Source: Octopus vulgaris
Taxonomy: Eukaryota
Length of the DNA stretch: 64,000 nt
Direction: 5' to 3'
Assembly (NCBI GenBank): GCA_951406725.2
Contig: OX597814.1
Coordinates: 165,416,001 to 165,480,000 of the forward strand
The notes under the pieces are model-generated. The model did not search any database. It worked only from the letters and a program-made list of their open reading frames with translations, and had not been told where the DNA came from. This document shows positions 24,479 through 36,517 of this stretch, piece after piece (positions within the stretch are counted from its first letter, which is position 1; the number at the start of each line of letters is the position of its first letter). The translations under genes and the position numbers were made by a program.

Positions 24479-26129
24479 TATTGTCAGCATCATCTTTTGA
24501 ATGACCACTTTTCATGCTCGCATGTGTCACATGAAATTTGTTGACTCTGATTTCCTTTGGCTGCATTCCCTTCCTGTTGCCATCTCTCACCTGTTTTTAA
24601 GCTAAGTAATATTTTCCCAGGCCAGATATGTTTTGCATTGAAGACTGGAAATAAACAACACCGTTGTTAGCTGGTGATACTCATACACAATCATCACATA
24701 ATGTCTAGACAAAAGTACACAAAAACACACTCACATGCATATATACATATGCATATATATATAAAAGAAGCTTTTTTCCGTTTCTCTTTACCAAATCCAC
24801 TTACAATGCTTTGGTCAACCTGGGTTTTGTCCAAGGTGTCACACAATGAGACTAAACCCAAGACCACAGAATAGGGATACAAGCTTTCCCCTTCATGGCC
24901 ATGCCTGCAGGTGGATAGATGAATGAATCTATTCTTTCACTCATACTGAGAGAGAGAGAGAAAGAGTTAGTGAGAATCCAGAATTTAATGGGCTTTATCA
25001 ACTTCAAATAGATGAAAGGTAAAGTTAGTCTTCAAGGTGTTTGAAACTAAAATGCAAGACTTGTAACTCACTACATGCTTTGTAATTGACATGCTAAATC
25101 TTGTTTCTGTTACTTCATGCCTAGAAATGTCTGAAGGGAAGAAGCACATGACTTCTATATTGCTCCCACCAGGCAATGCAATGAGTACCTAAGAGAACAG
25201 GATTTTGCTCTGTGACTTGCGAACACCACAAGCTGTCTAGCCTGATAGGAACTCATCAGAATGCTGGATTGAATAGAAAGTAAATTCATTGTTGGCATTC
25301 TGGAAATCGAATGGCGCTGAAGCAATTAGCAACTGCCTGCTTAAGCAAGCTTCAATGACCAACATAATCAACAGCAGTGATGGTATATGAAAGAATCAGT
25401 GAAATGTGTGTGTGTGCTTGTATAATATCTATTAAAAGATGAGTCTGTATGATTCGCTACTCAAAGTTTTTGTGTAATTGTAAATCACACTATCATATTG
25501 TGTGTATGTGTGTGTGTTGTCCATTTGTTTAATTAATGTCTATTTTTGTAATCTTGTATGGCTTGGATGGTATTGATTTTGAGGCAGGATTTTAGAGCAG
25601 GAAGCTTTTCCTTTTGACAATCCTTACCTGTTTTACAGGCAAGTGATTTCTATATTTCACAGGTCTTTGAAAGCACTGAGCAACTGGTCATAATACCAGC
25701 AAAGATAGTCGACATTAGTACCTCTTTGTTCAAACAATGACCAGCAAATATCAACATTTATGTGCTTTTGTGTGCTTCTTTACCGAGCAAGCTTGGTAGG
25801 ATTGCCAATTTTGTTGCTGATAGTCCAACCGTGTGACAGTTTGTACTGAGTTACATGTTACCAGTAGCACTAAGAATGACCTGACACTTTTTGTAGGCAA
25901 ATGTATACATTGCTCAGAGTGGGATTAGTCCTGTAAAGGGCCTTTCCTCACTTTAAAAAGCTTCAAACCCAGACACTGCTGGACTTATAACATTTTTAAA
26001 CATCTCTATTATGTGTTGCATAATATGGTTGGCCATGGAAAATTATGATAATTTACAGACTAATGGCAATAATGGCTTTGGAACCGATAGTAAAAGGGTT
26101 TCGACTTGGCTGGTGTCCTTGGGCACTAC

Positions 26130-26660
26130 AACCTGGGCTTAGCTGTCATCTTATCCTTGTAACAATGTTCAGATCTTTGCACCTTCTTAAATTATGAGTC
26201 CTGTGCAACACTCCCCAAAAGAAGAGTAGCACTTGTAGCAAAGGAGCTACAGTGATATAACTTGGATTAAATGGCTTTGTCTGAAACAATATTCTCTGAA
26301 GAGGGTCACTTCATAAAACAGTTTGATGGCTATTTGTTTTATTGGAGTAGGAGAGCAGGTGGGTACAAGAGAAGTGGTGTTGTAGTACTTGAGGTAAAGA
26401 ATTTCACATTTTCTGGGTTGAAAGAGCTTCCATGTGGATTTACTGATTGCCTGATGCCAATGAGGAGACAATTGTCAAACAGCAGAACTGATTGATACCC
26501 CAGTGAGTGCCTACAGTCTAACCATGTGTTCCTCTGAAAGATGAAAAACTAGCATTTTATCTTTCACTAAATGAACTTGTATGCAAGATGCCTTGATTTG
26601 ATAAAGTTATGATACTCTATGTTAGTGTTGGCAAGGATTACTAAACCTGGGATGTAATTA
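26130..26660 (+). mobile_element. Decayed RTE (BovB-like) AP-endonuclease fragment
   Basis: ORF 26271-26495 ALSETIFSEEG...GYLFYWS...GV...LP.GFTDCLM.MR resembles the RTE EN pattern ALSETRxxEEG..GYTFFWSG..GVG..LPxGxxDRLM. Confidence 0.7.
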
Positions 26661-26737
26661 GAAAACAAAGTCAGAAAGTGTATTATAAGTGTGTATGTGT
26701 GTGTTCACATGTGTTCTTGCTTGTGTTTCTGTGTATT

Positions 26738-27106
26738 TACTCTCTTTTACTTGTTTCTGTCATTTGGCTGTGGCCATGCTGGAGCACCGCCTTTAGTCGA
26801 GCAAATCGACCCCGGGACTTTGTAAGCCTAGTACTTATTCTATCAGTCTCTTTTGCTGAACCACTAAGTTACGGGAACGTAAACACACCACCATTGGTTG
26901 TCAAGCGATGTTGGGGAAACAAACACAGACACACACATACATATATACGACGGGCTTCTTTCAGTCTCATTCTACCAAATCCACTCACAAGGCTTTGGTC
27001 GGCCTGAGGCTATAGTAGAAGACACTTGCCCCAGGTGCCATGCAGTGGGAATGAACCCGGAACCATGTGGTTGGTAAGCAAGCTACTTACCACACAACCA
27101 CTCCAG
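26738..27106 (-). mobile_element. CORE-type SINE (OR2-like), full length
   Basis: Minus-strand head ggagtggttgtgtggtaagtagcttgcttaccaaccacatggttccgggttcattccc, CORE-like ggcacctggggcaagtgtctt, taaaagag tail. Confidence 0.88.
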
Positions 27107-27348
27107 TGCATATTTGTTTAATTTGCTCTTCCAAAACTTATGGGCTGCAATCATTTATGATGATGTCATTTTCCACCAAACTATATGCAAGTGTTGTGCT
27201 TTAAAAGACATTTTGAAGAAATAATCTCTTGCTTGAAAAACAGGTAAGGGGCTGTGACAGGAAAGTCATCCAGCTGTAAAACAGTAACTCAGTTATATAT
27301 TAGCCTAACCCATACTCACATGGAAAAATGGACATAAAAATAAACAAT

Positions 27349-27393
<45 letters not shown>

Positions 27394-27751
27394 CCAGAGT
27401 CTCTGTTAATCCTAATTAATTTATTTATTCTTTTGTTTTTATCCCTTTTGGTCTGTATCCACATCATTTTGTGTTCTTGAAGACTATGTGATTCTTAGTT
27501 TCCTCCTGTTCTTGATAACCCATTATATTCTTCTTCAGTTTTCTTTAATGCCTATAGTTGTATCTCAACCTGGAGTGACCTTAATTTATTAAATTGCATA
27601 TTGATATGTACACACATAGCTCCTTATACTCACATCACTCATTTATGAACAGTTTTCAACCCCAATTCTCATATTCAAAACTCTGATGTATCTAGAAGCA
27701 CTTTTGCTATTCTCATTGTATGTTAACTTACATGTGTGTGTGTGTGTGTGT

Positions 27752-28108
27752 ATTCTTTTACTTGTGTCAGTCATTTGACTGTGGCCATGCTAAAGCACCA
27801 CCTTGAAGGGTTTTTAGTTGAACAAATTGACCCCAGAGCCTTTTTTTTTAAGCCTAGTACTTATTCTATCTTTTGCTGAACTGGTAAGTTATGAGGGTGT
27901 AAACACACTAATACCAATTATTGAGTGGTAATGTGGGGAGACAAATAAAGACACACATGCATAGATATATACATATATACAATGGGCTTCTTTCAGTCTC
28001 CATCTACCAAATCCACTCACAAGGCTTTGGTCAGCCTGACGCTATAGTAGAAGGCACTTGTCCAAGGTGCCCCCCCCCCCCGGGACTAAACACAGAACCA
28101 TGTGGCTA
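27752..28108 (-). mobile_element. CORE-type SINE (OR2-like), diverged
   Basis: Homologous to 26738-27106. Confidence 0.8.
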
Positions 28109-28437
28109 CACAGCGGGCTAGCAATTTCTGGGGAGGAGGTATGTTGATTACATCGACTCCAGTACTCAGCTGGTACATATTTTATTGACCCTGAAGGATA
28201 AAAGGCAAAGTCGACCTCAACAGAATTTGAACTCAACATGTTTATGTATATTAACTACAATAAATATAGGTTTATATAAAGAAACATATTTTGCCTGTGA
28301 AATTAATTGAACTTAGGAAGTATGAGTCAATGCAGCTCATTGTGTTACATGGAGTTTACTACTGTAAGTCAAGAGGATTTAATTTTAGATAGGAAATGGT
28401 TTAATGATGACTAATTACTCGATGATTTTTTATACAC

Positions 28438-28822
28438 AGCAGGAGTGGCTGTGTAGGTAAGAAGATTACTTCCTGACCATGAGGTTTTGGGTTCAGTCCC
28501 ACTGTGTGGCACTTTGGATAAGTGCCTTCTACTTTAGCTCCAGGTCAACTAAAGCCTTGTGAAGAATTTGGTTCATGGAAACTGAAAGAAGCCTGTTTTG
28601 TATGTATGTGTGTGTGTTGTCATAGCATCATATAGTGATTGTAAAGAAGCATATTCATTTTCAGTTGTCAGTAAAAAGTATGTTTGTCCATGGAAAACAT
28701 TACTTTGCTTGGAAACAGCTAAGGATTAGAGACAAAAAGAGTATTTAGTCATAGAAAAATCTCCCTCAACAAATTCTGCCTGACCCATGCTAACATGGAA
28801 AAGTGGATGTTAAATGATGATG
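28438..28822 (+). mobile_element. CORE-head SINE carrying the RTE-type (GAT)n tail; sister copies on the minus strand at ~24485-24905 and ~40400-40810
   Basis: OR2-like head gcaggagtggctgtgtaggtaaga...gggttcagtccc, joined to ...gacccatgctaacatggaaaagtggatgttaaatgatgatg, which matches the LINE 3' terminus. Confidence 0.7.
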
Positions 28823-28833
28823 AAGATAATGTT

Positions 28834-29065
28834 ATTTCTTTACTACCCACAAGGGGCTAAACACAGAGGGGACAAACAAGGACAGACAAATGGATTAAGT
28901 CGATTATATCGACCCCAGTGCATAACTGGTACTTATTTAATCGATCTCGAAAGGATGAAAGGCAAAGTCGACCTCGGCGGAATTTGAACTCAGAATGTAG
29001 CGGCAGACGAAATACCGCTAAGCATTTCGCCTGGCGTGCTAATGCTTCTGCCAGCTCGCTGCCTT
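28834..29065 (-). mobile_element. Meta/MESC-like SINE, young copy with 16-bp TSD
   Basis: TSD tgatgaagataatgtt at 28818-28833 and 29066-29081; CpG-rich intact body. Confidence 0.9.
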
Positions 29066-29622
29066 TGATGAAGATAATGTTGATGACTTACATGATATAT
29101 ATACATGTTTGTGTGTGTATATATTATGATTTCACTTAGCCATAATGGTACCAGTAACTAGTTATTAATGCTCAATATACTTATACCCCTCTTTATCAAT
29201 AATGTTTAGCAGCACGGAGTCTTATATAAATCATCAGATCAGAACTGAAGACGCTATGTAAGGTTAAACTAGTACTCAACTCTAGCTGCACTGTTCCTTA
29301 TAGCAGAAACAGCTTTAAACTAATGAAAGCAATTACCTAACTCCCCTTCTTTTGTCAATGGTTCGCAGTTCAATGACTATTACAAGAGGGGGAAATATAT
29401 AGCTATCTACTCTGAAAGTAAGGTCAATCACATAGCCATTAGATTTTTCCCTGCCATTATCTTCATAATTATCATTATCATTTTAAAATCTACTTTCCTA
29501 CTTTATTATGCTTGCATTGATCATATGGAAGTCTTTGTGCATGTGTGTGTGTACATGCAAGTAAGCACATTGATGCAAAACAAGATGGAAGAAAATAGCA
29601 CTAGAATACCAAAAGTAGAGTA

Positions 29623-29836
29623 ATATGCTTTTATTAAAGCTGCAAAATTATCACAAGACTGTTACTCAGTTTCACATTCCCAGTTCTCAGACAGTTGTGA
29701 TGAATGCTGAATTTAGAATTTCATTTTTAAAATACAATTTTAATTCAGTATTCATCACAACTGTTCAACAAACTGGAAAATGAAATTCTGAGTAACAGTT
29801 TTGTGATAATTTTGCAGCTTTAAAAAAAAAGCATAT
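29623..29836. mobile_element. ~215-bp foldback with decayed minimal hammerhead-like motifs in both arms (Penelope-like inverted terminus)
   Basis: Arms atatgcttttattaaagctgcaaaattatcacaa..ctgttactcag..acagttgtgatgaatgctgaatt and their reverse complement; minus-strand AACUGU-CUGAGA-ACU..GU-GAAAC-UGA-GUA-ACAGU. Confidence 0.6.
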
Positions 29837-29852
29837 ATATATATATATATAT

Positions 29853-30015
29853 AGGAGCAAGAGTGATTGTGTGGTAAGTAGCTTGCTTACCAACCACATG
29901 GTTCCAGGTTCAGTCCCACTGCATGGTACTTTGAGCAAGTGTCATCTACTATAGCCTTGGGTTGAGCAAAGCCTTGTGAGTGGATTTGGTAGCCAGAAAC
30001 TGAATGAAGCCTGTC

Positions 30016-30059
<44 letters not shown>

Positions 30060-30207
30060 GTGTGTCTGTGTTTGTTCCCCCACCATCGCTTAACGACCAA
30101 TGTTGGTGTGTTTACATCCCAGTAACTTAGCGGTTCAGCAAAAAAGACCAATAGAATAAGTACTAGCGGTGCTCCAGCATGGCTGCAGTCAAATGAGTGA
30201 AACAAAT

Positions 30208-30210
<3 letters not shown>
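29853..30210 (+). mobile_element. CORE-type SINE (OR2-like)
   Basis: Head, CORE-like block, internal (TA)n and tail homologous to the other copies. Confidence 0.85.
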
Positions 30211-30252
<42 letters not shown>

Positions 30253-30631
30253 ACACACTGACACACACGCACTGTCCCTATTCAGCTGAGTGTGTCAATT
30301 CTTCCAACCATTCATTATTTGCAAGTAACTGATGAACATGATTTTCCTCATTCAAGAAACATGTCAGTTGACATTGAGAGCTAAAAAAAACTTGAGATAA
30401 CTTCAGTGTTTTAAGCCATCTTACAATAGTATGGTACTACAAATCATTGTATTCAGTTTCTTCTATTTCTTCCAAAAATGTTTGTAATTCGTATTGATTG
30501 AGTGCATGCAATCAAATGAAATTCTCTGATGATACAACTGGTTATATCACTCAAGGTAGATTTAACTGTCTTCCACAAAATTTCTGCCAATGAATGATGT
30601 CCTGATATACCCCACACTGTCACAAGTTACA

Positions 30632-31028
30632 CTCTCTTTTACACGTTTCAGTCATTTGACTGCAGCCTTGCTGGAGCACCAGCTTTAGTTGAGCAAATCG
30701 ACCCCAGGACTTATTCTTTGTAAGCCTAGTACTTATTCTATCGGTCTCTTTTGCCGAACCGCTTAGTTATGGGAATGTAAACACACCAGCATCGGTTGTC
30801 AAGCGGTGTTGGGGGGACAAACACAGATACACAAACATACACATACACGCATATATATATATATATATACGACAGGCTTCTTTCAGTTTCCGTCTACCAA
30901 ATCCACTCACAAGTCTTTGGTTGGCCTGAGGCTATAGTAGAAGACATTTGCCCAAGGTACCACGCAGTGGGACTGAACACGGAACCATGTGGTTGATAAG
31001 CAAGCTACTTACTACACAGCCACTCCTA
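30632..31028 (-). mobile_element. CORE-type SINE (OR2-like), full length
   Basis: Reverse-complement homolog of 29853-30210. Confidence 0.88.
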
Positions 31029-31396
31029 CATCTATGTAGACTTTTCCAATAAAAGTTTTTCTGGCTGTATGGCTAAGAAACTTGCTTTCCGGCCACATGG
31101 TTTTGGATTCAGTATCACTGTATGGAACACTGAGCAAATGTCATCTACTATAGGACTAGGACAACCAATGCCTTGTGAGTGAAATTGGTTGCTAGAAACT
31201 ATATGGAAGCCTGTCATGTGTGTGTTTGCATTCAGTCCCCTCAGCTGGCAAAAATAATCCTGTGTTAAACCGGCATCCTGTCCAGGTGGAGAATATATAT
31301 ACCATTGAAACCAGGAAACCAGCCCTCATGAGCCTGGCATAACTCGAGAAGGAAACATTTTTTATCTATTTATTTATTTATATATGTATGTATATA

Positions 31397-31594
31397 TGAG
31401 AGGATGCTGAAAATCTCCTGACTTAGGGTAAAAGAAAATATGATTTTATTCAACATATTCCCCTCTCAGATTCACACATTTATTGCATTGGTCTTTCAGG
31501 TTTTCTAAGCTGTGTAAAAGAATTTGGACAGTTGGGCCTCCAACCAGGCCTTTTGCAATATCTTTAAAGCCAGAAACTCCTCAGCACTCCCTCA
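31397..31594. mobile_element. mariner-like MITE
   Basis: TIRs tgagaggatgctgaaaatctcctgactt / aagccagaaactcctcagcactccctca with TA on both flanks. Confidence 0.7.
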
Positions 31595-32329
31595 TATATA
31601 TGTGTGTGTGTGTGTGTGTGTGTTTGTCTGTCCCCACTGCTTGAAAGCTGGTATTGGTTTGTTTATGTTCCCATAATTTAGTAGTTCAGCAAATGTGACC
31701 AATAGAATTCTTTTATTCTGTTATTCTTTTACTTGTTTCAGTCATTTGACTGTGACCATGCTGGAGCAATGTCCTGAAGGATTATAGTCAAATAATTTTA
31801 CCTCAGGACTTATTATTTTTAAGCCTAGTACATATTCTATTGTTCTCTTTTGCTGTTTCCTGTAGGTTCATTATTGATAGGTTTACTTATATGGTCAATT
31901 GATCAGCTGGGAAAAATTGAAGGACCTAAAAAGTTAATGCTACTTTCCTCAGAGTCATTTCTGGCTATAACAAAGCAGAACTGAAGCAATTGTAGGGGCA
32001 ATAAGAATTAGTGTAGGTAAGTGGAAGATAAAGAGGAAATGGGAAGAGAAGGAAAAAAGGAAGATAGGAAGGAATAGAAATAATAATGGAGGGGATACAT
32101 TCTATAGAACAAGGGGCAGAGGATGGCCAAAATTAAGAAAAGGACAGTCATAAAAACATTAATATTTGTAATTAGGTCATCACACACAAAAACATTTACA
32201 TTGTTTTCAGGTCAGATACTTTCCAACTATTGTACACCTATCTATAATGAACCTATAGTGACAACTGGAAACAGCTATAAGTCAAATTTACTACAATAAA
32301 GAAAATATGTCATGATCCTTATTTATGCC

Positions 32330-32517
32330 TTGTCTTGTATATCACTCTGTAAAAATCAGTATAACTGGAACACAGCCACAGATTTACGATATAGAATGGT
32401 GATAAACTATAACTTTGGGCCCTACCACATAAATACACAGATTTTTTTTATTAATCTAAACAATATTGCCTGGTGTACTAACAGTGAGCTTATAAAGTAT
32501 TTTGCACAGATCAATAA

Positions 32518-32520
<3 letters not shown>
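32330..32520 (+). repeat. Unclassified interspersed repeat, second copy at 37520-37710
   Basis: tgtcttgtatatcactctgt..cagtataactggaacaca..tagaatggtgat..aactataac..ggtgtactaacag..ttataaagtatttt shared. Confidence 0.75.
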
Positions 32521-32567
<47 letters not shown>

Positions 32568-32568
<1 letters not shown>

Positions 32569-32883
32569 CATCATCATCATTTAGTGTCTGCTTTCCATGG
32601 GTTAGATGGTTTGACTGGAATAGGTAAACTGGAGGGCTGCACCAAGTTCTAGTTTGATTTGACATGGTTTCTACTGCTGGGTGCCCTTCCTAATGCCAAC
32701 GACTCCAAGAGTGTAATGGGTGCTTTTTATGTGTCACCAGCATGAGTGCTTTTATGTGCCACTGGCATTGCCCACAAATATGATTTCACTTGGCTTGATG
32801 AGTCTTCTCAAACACAGTATATCGCCAATGGTCTCAGTCACTTATCATTACCTCTGTGAGGTCCAGCATTTAAAGATCATGCT
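32568..32883 (-). mobile_element. RTE LINE 3' fragment
   Basis: (CAT)n, terminal block, then the ORF2-end remnant tcttctcaaacacagtatatc...aaggtccagcatttaaagatcatgct. Confidence 0.75.
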
Positions 32884-32886
32884 ATA

Positions 32887-33276
32887 TCTCTCTATATATA
32901 AAGCTGAAGTTGTCTGTGTATGGCAGGTTTGGTAGCCTTCAACTAACACTATCTCCTCCGAGGCCCTGCGGCTCAAGTTGACCAAAATTGAGAGTATGAT
33001 AGAAGAAGGCTTGCTCTTCCTTCCGTAGAAGAAAAAATTCAAATTGGACCATGTTAACACCAAAAATTATTTACATCAAAAAAGTGCTTTTTTTCTATGA
33101 AAAATTTTTTTTTTCTATGATTTTTTTACTGTTGTGTCGCCATTTTTCGGTGTAGTTCAACCAGAAAAATGTTCACTTAAAGAGAACAAGCTACATATTG
33201 CAAAATTTTTATTTTTCAAAAATTCCAATTCTAAAGGGTCGAAACAAACCCGAGCAATGCCAGGCGATACTGCTAG
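32887..33276 (+). mobile_element. Non-autonomous Helitron
   Basis: 5' TC(tctctatatataaag), 3' subterminal GC-rich hairpin cccgagcaatgccagg then CTAG, inserted between A and T with no TSD: the canonical Helitron termini. Confidence 0.8.
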
Positions 33277-33943
33277 TATATATAAAATATATACTGAGGC
33301 AACTTTTCTACATCCCAAATGTCCTTTGTCATCAACCCTCACCTATTTCCAAATAAAGTAATTTGTGTGTAATAAAGATAACATTACAAAATGTCAGTTG
33401 TGAGTTGGTTGCTTATAATCTTTATCACATTTGCCATGATTAAAAGAAATGGTGAAATGGCACACCCAATCATAATGCATGTCTCTAGTACTTGCCTAAT
33501 GACCATGAATTTCTTAATGGTAATTCACATGAATACTGAGCATTGGTGCCACCTACATTCTTTCAAACATTTCAAAATGCAGATGAATCCAATGCTTTTA
33601 TCAGCACATTGGGAATGGATCCATCTGTTTTTGCCAAAGAACCCGAATGTTCTTTCTTCTTTGCTTAACATACTGAATTGAACCCCAAGTCATTTGAGCA
33701 TGCTCACAGCAAACTGCAACTCCATATGTATATCATCATCATCATTGTTGTTGTCATCATTTAATGTCTGTTTTCCATGCTGGCATGTGTTGGACGGTTT
33801 GACAGGAGCTGACCCAGTTGAATGGCTGTTCAGGCTCCATGTCTGTTTTGGCTTGATTTCAATGACTGGATGCACTTACCAACTCCAACCACTTTACAGA
33901 GTGTACTGGGTGCTTGTATGCAACACTGGTACTGGTGCTTTTC

Positions 33944-33978
<35 letters not shown>

Positions 33979-34329
33979 ACTTTTTCATGATTTATTTGGG
34001 ATCAGAGGTATTTGTAAACCAAGGTACTACTGTATATATATATAGATAGTAAAATAAGGATTCAGATAGAATCAGGTACTTGAAAAGATATGCACCAAGT
34101 AGGGTTGGATAAACCTGTGGTTCCAGCCTATGGTTCATAAGTATCAAATAGGACATTCCGGTTGTGTACAGAGAGAAAACCAACCCTATGAGTATTTAGC
34201 ACCGAGGGGATGGTCCAAATCAAGTATTACTTTGAATAGTACATTGTTGGTATATTCTAGGGTGCCTGACAAGTCATAAATCCCCTTGGTGTATTTGACA
34301 ATTATCCATCATATGTTATTATTCGTTTG

Positions 34330-34373
<44 letters not shown>

Positions 34374-35252
34374 TGTGGTGTGTGTATGTGTCTGTTTGTC
34401 TCTCATCACTGCTTGACAACCAGTGTTGGTGTGTTTACATCCTCATAACTTAGCAGTTTGGCAAAAGAGACTGATAGAATAATTACCACACTTAAAAAGA
34501 AAATAAATACTGGGGTCAATTAGTTTAACTGAAATTCCTCCAAGGTGATACTCCAGCATGGCTACAGTCTAATAGCTGAAACAAGTAAAAGATAAAAGAA
34601 AAAAGATGCAGATGATAAACATAAATATGACACCATGCTGAATAATACTGAAGTAAAGGTCTTATCAGCATATCCACTAGATGCTAGATTATGACAAATA
34701 TAAGGAACTCTGTATATATCAGAAACACAGAATATGATAAACAGAATAAGAGAAATAGCAATGGCCTTCCAACCACCGCTACCATCTCCAGATCCCAGGC
34801 ATACTTACTCACCTCTCCTATACAGATATACATGAGTGTGTGTGCATGTGTACACGTGCGTGGATGTTTTGTGCTGGTGTGTAATTGTATGAATACATAC
34901 CCCAACTGACACACACATACACTTTTGCCAAAACAGGCATAAAGCCAAAAATTGTTTAGAGGGTTGTTCCTCCTTTTTTCAATGTCTGTCTTTGTTCCTC
35001 TGTTTGGAACAATAATTCTTATATACTAATAGGCATGTATGTTAGCAAGTGTGGAAAATAATATAGAAAAATTAGCAATGACTAGGTGTAGGAGTGGCTG
35101 TGTGGTAAGTTGCTTGCTTACGAACCACTTGGTTCCAGGTTCAATCCCACTGCATGGCACCTTGGGCAAGTGTCTTCTTCTATAGCCTCGGCTTACCAAA
35201 GCCTTGTGAGTGGATTTGGTAGATGGAAACTGAAATAAGCCCGTCGTATATA

Positions 35253-35301
<49 letters not shown>

Positions 35302-35529
35302 GTCCGAAGTCAGGATGCCATGATAGATCGTTAGCTTCTACATGCATTCTTTTTCTCTCCTTGTTTTTTTCTGTGTATCTTTCTGTCGAAGAGCGTAGGC
35401 TCGAAACGCAAAAGACTTGTTCTATTTCTATTCCTGAGTGCCATACTAATACATTTGTTTGTTTGTACTCCACCCTCCTTCGTCTTTTGTTTATTTTCGT
35501 AAACCTTCCCGTTATATATATATTATATA

Positions 35530-35827
35530 TTAACATGTAAGTGGCTGAGCACTCAACAGACACGTGTACCCTTAATATAGTTCTTTTTGAGATGCAGTGT
35601 GACACAGAGTATGACAAGGCTGGCCCTTTGAAATACAGGTACAACAGAAACAGGAAGAAAGAGTGAGAGAAAGTTGTGGTGAAAGAGTACAGTAGGGTTC
35701 ACCACCACACTGTGGCCATAGCCTCATGGAGCTTTAGGTGTTTTCACTCAACGCCCGGTCTCGAAATTGAAACTATGATCCTACAACTGCAAGTCTACTG
35801 CCCTAACCACTGGACCATTGCACCTCC

Positions 35828-35828
<1 letters not shown>
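35530..35828 (-). mobile_element. 3'-truncated copy of the tRNA-Arg-like SINE
   Basis: Homologous to 1627-1936. Confidence 0.8.
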
Positions 35829-35877
<49 letters not shown>

Positions 35878-35892
35878 TACATATATTTATAT

Positions 35893-36025
35893 GATGATTT
35901 CAGGAGGACGATTGGTATCACGTGGATGAGAAAGGTGCGATCCAGAGAGGAGTGGACAGCGTGCTGTGACCAGCGGTGTCAAATGGACGCCTGACGGACT
36001 GGTCGGTCTAAGTGATCAAAGTGAT
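35893..36025 (+). mobile_element. Extreme 3' end of a second RTE-type LINE family inserted in (TA)n
   Basis: Translates DDFRRTIGITWMRKVRSREEWTACCDQRCQMDA* (RTE C-terminal W..D......W.R..R..W pattern), then a short UTR ending aagtgatcaaagtgat. Confidence 0.7.
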
Positions 36026-36072
36026 ATATTTATATATATATATATATATATATATCTATTTATATATATATA

Positions 36073-36368
36073 TATCACTATTGACCAGACTATCTGATGT
36101 TGTTATACACCACTGAACATAATGCCATTCTTCACATTGTTGTAGTTTTTGAATGATGCCACCCCCACCCCCACTGGTTAGACATGCAGGCTAACATTCC
36201 CCTTAAATGGGATGTCAGTCTGTCACAGGGATACTCGTTTACTGCTGAGTGGACTGAAGCAATGTGAAATGAAGTGTTTTGCTCAAGATCACAATGTACT
36301 TCTTGGATTCAAACCACAATTTTGTGATCATGTGTGTGCCACCCTAATCTCTAGGTCACATGCTTTCA
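36073..36368 (-). mobile_element. CORE-like SINE with a tail related to the 35893-36025 LINE end
   Basis: Minus-strand tRNA-like head, tgtgatcttgagcaaaacacttcatttcacattgcttcagtccactcagc body, tail ...cagtggtgtataacaacatcagatagtctggtcaatagtgat. Confidence 0.65.
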
Positions 36369-36431
36369 TATATAAAAGCAAATATTAGTATATATACATA
36401 TTTATCTATGTATGCACATAAATGTTTGTAG

Positions 36432-36467
<36 letters not shown>

Positions 36468-36517
36468 ATGTTTGTGAATAAATACATATAGGTGTGGATA
36501 GATTGTTTATATAAGAA

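Noticed and set aside
17891-24590. Long ORFs of 150-357 aa rich in Y/I/H/T/M/C/V
   Set aside because: Translations of (TA)n/(CA)n microsatellites, which lack stop codons by composition.
33391-33681. Possible coding exon in non-repetitive-looking sequence
   Set aside because: No recognisable domain, no convincing splice sites, and a stop in the alternative plus frame I translated.
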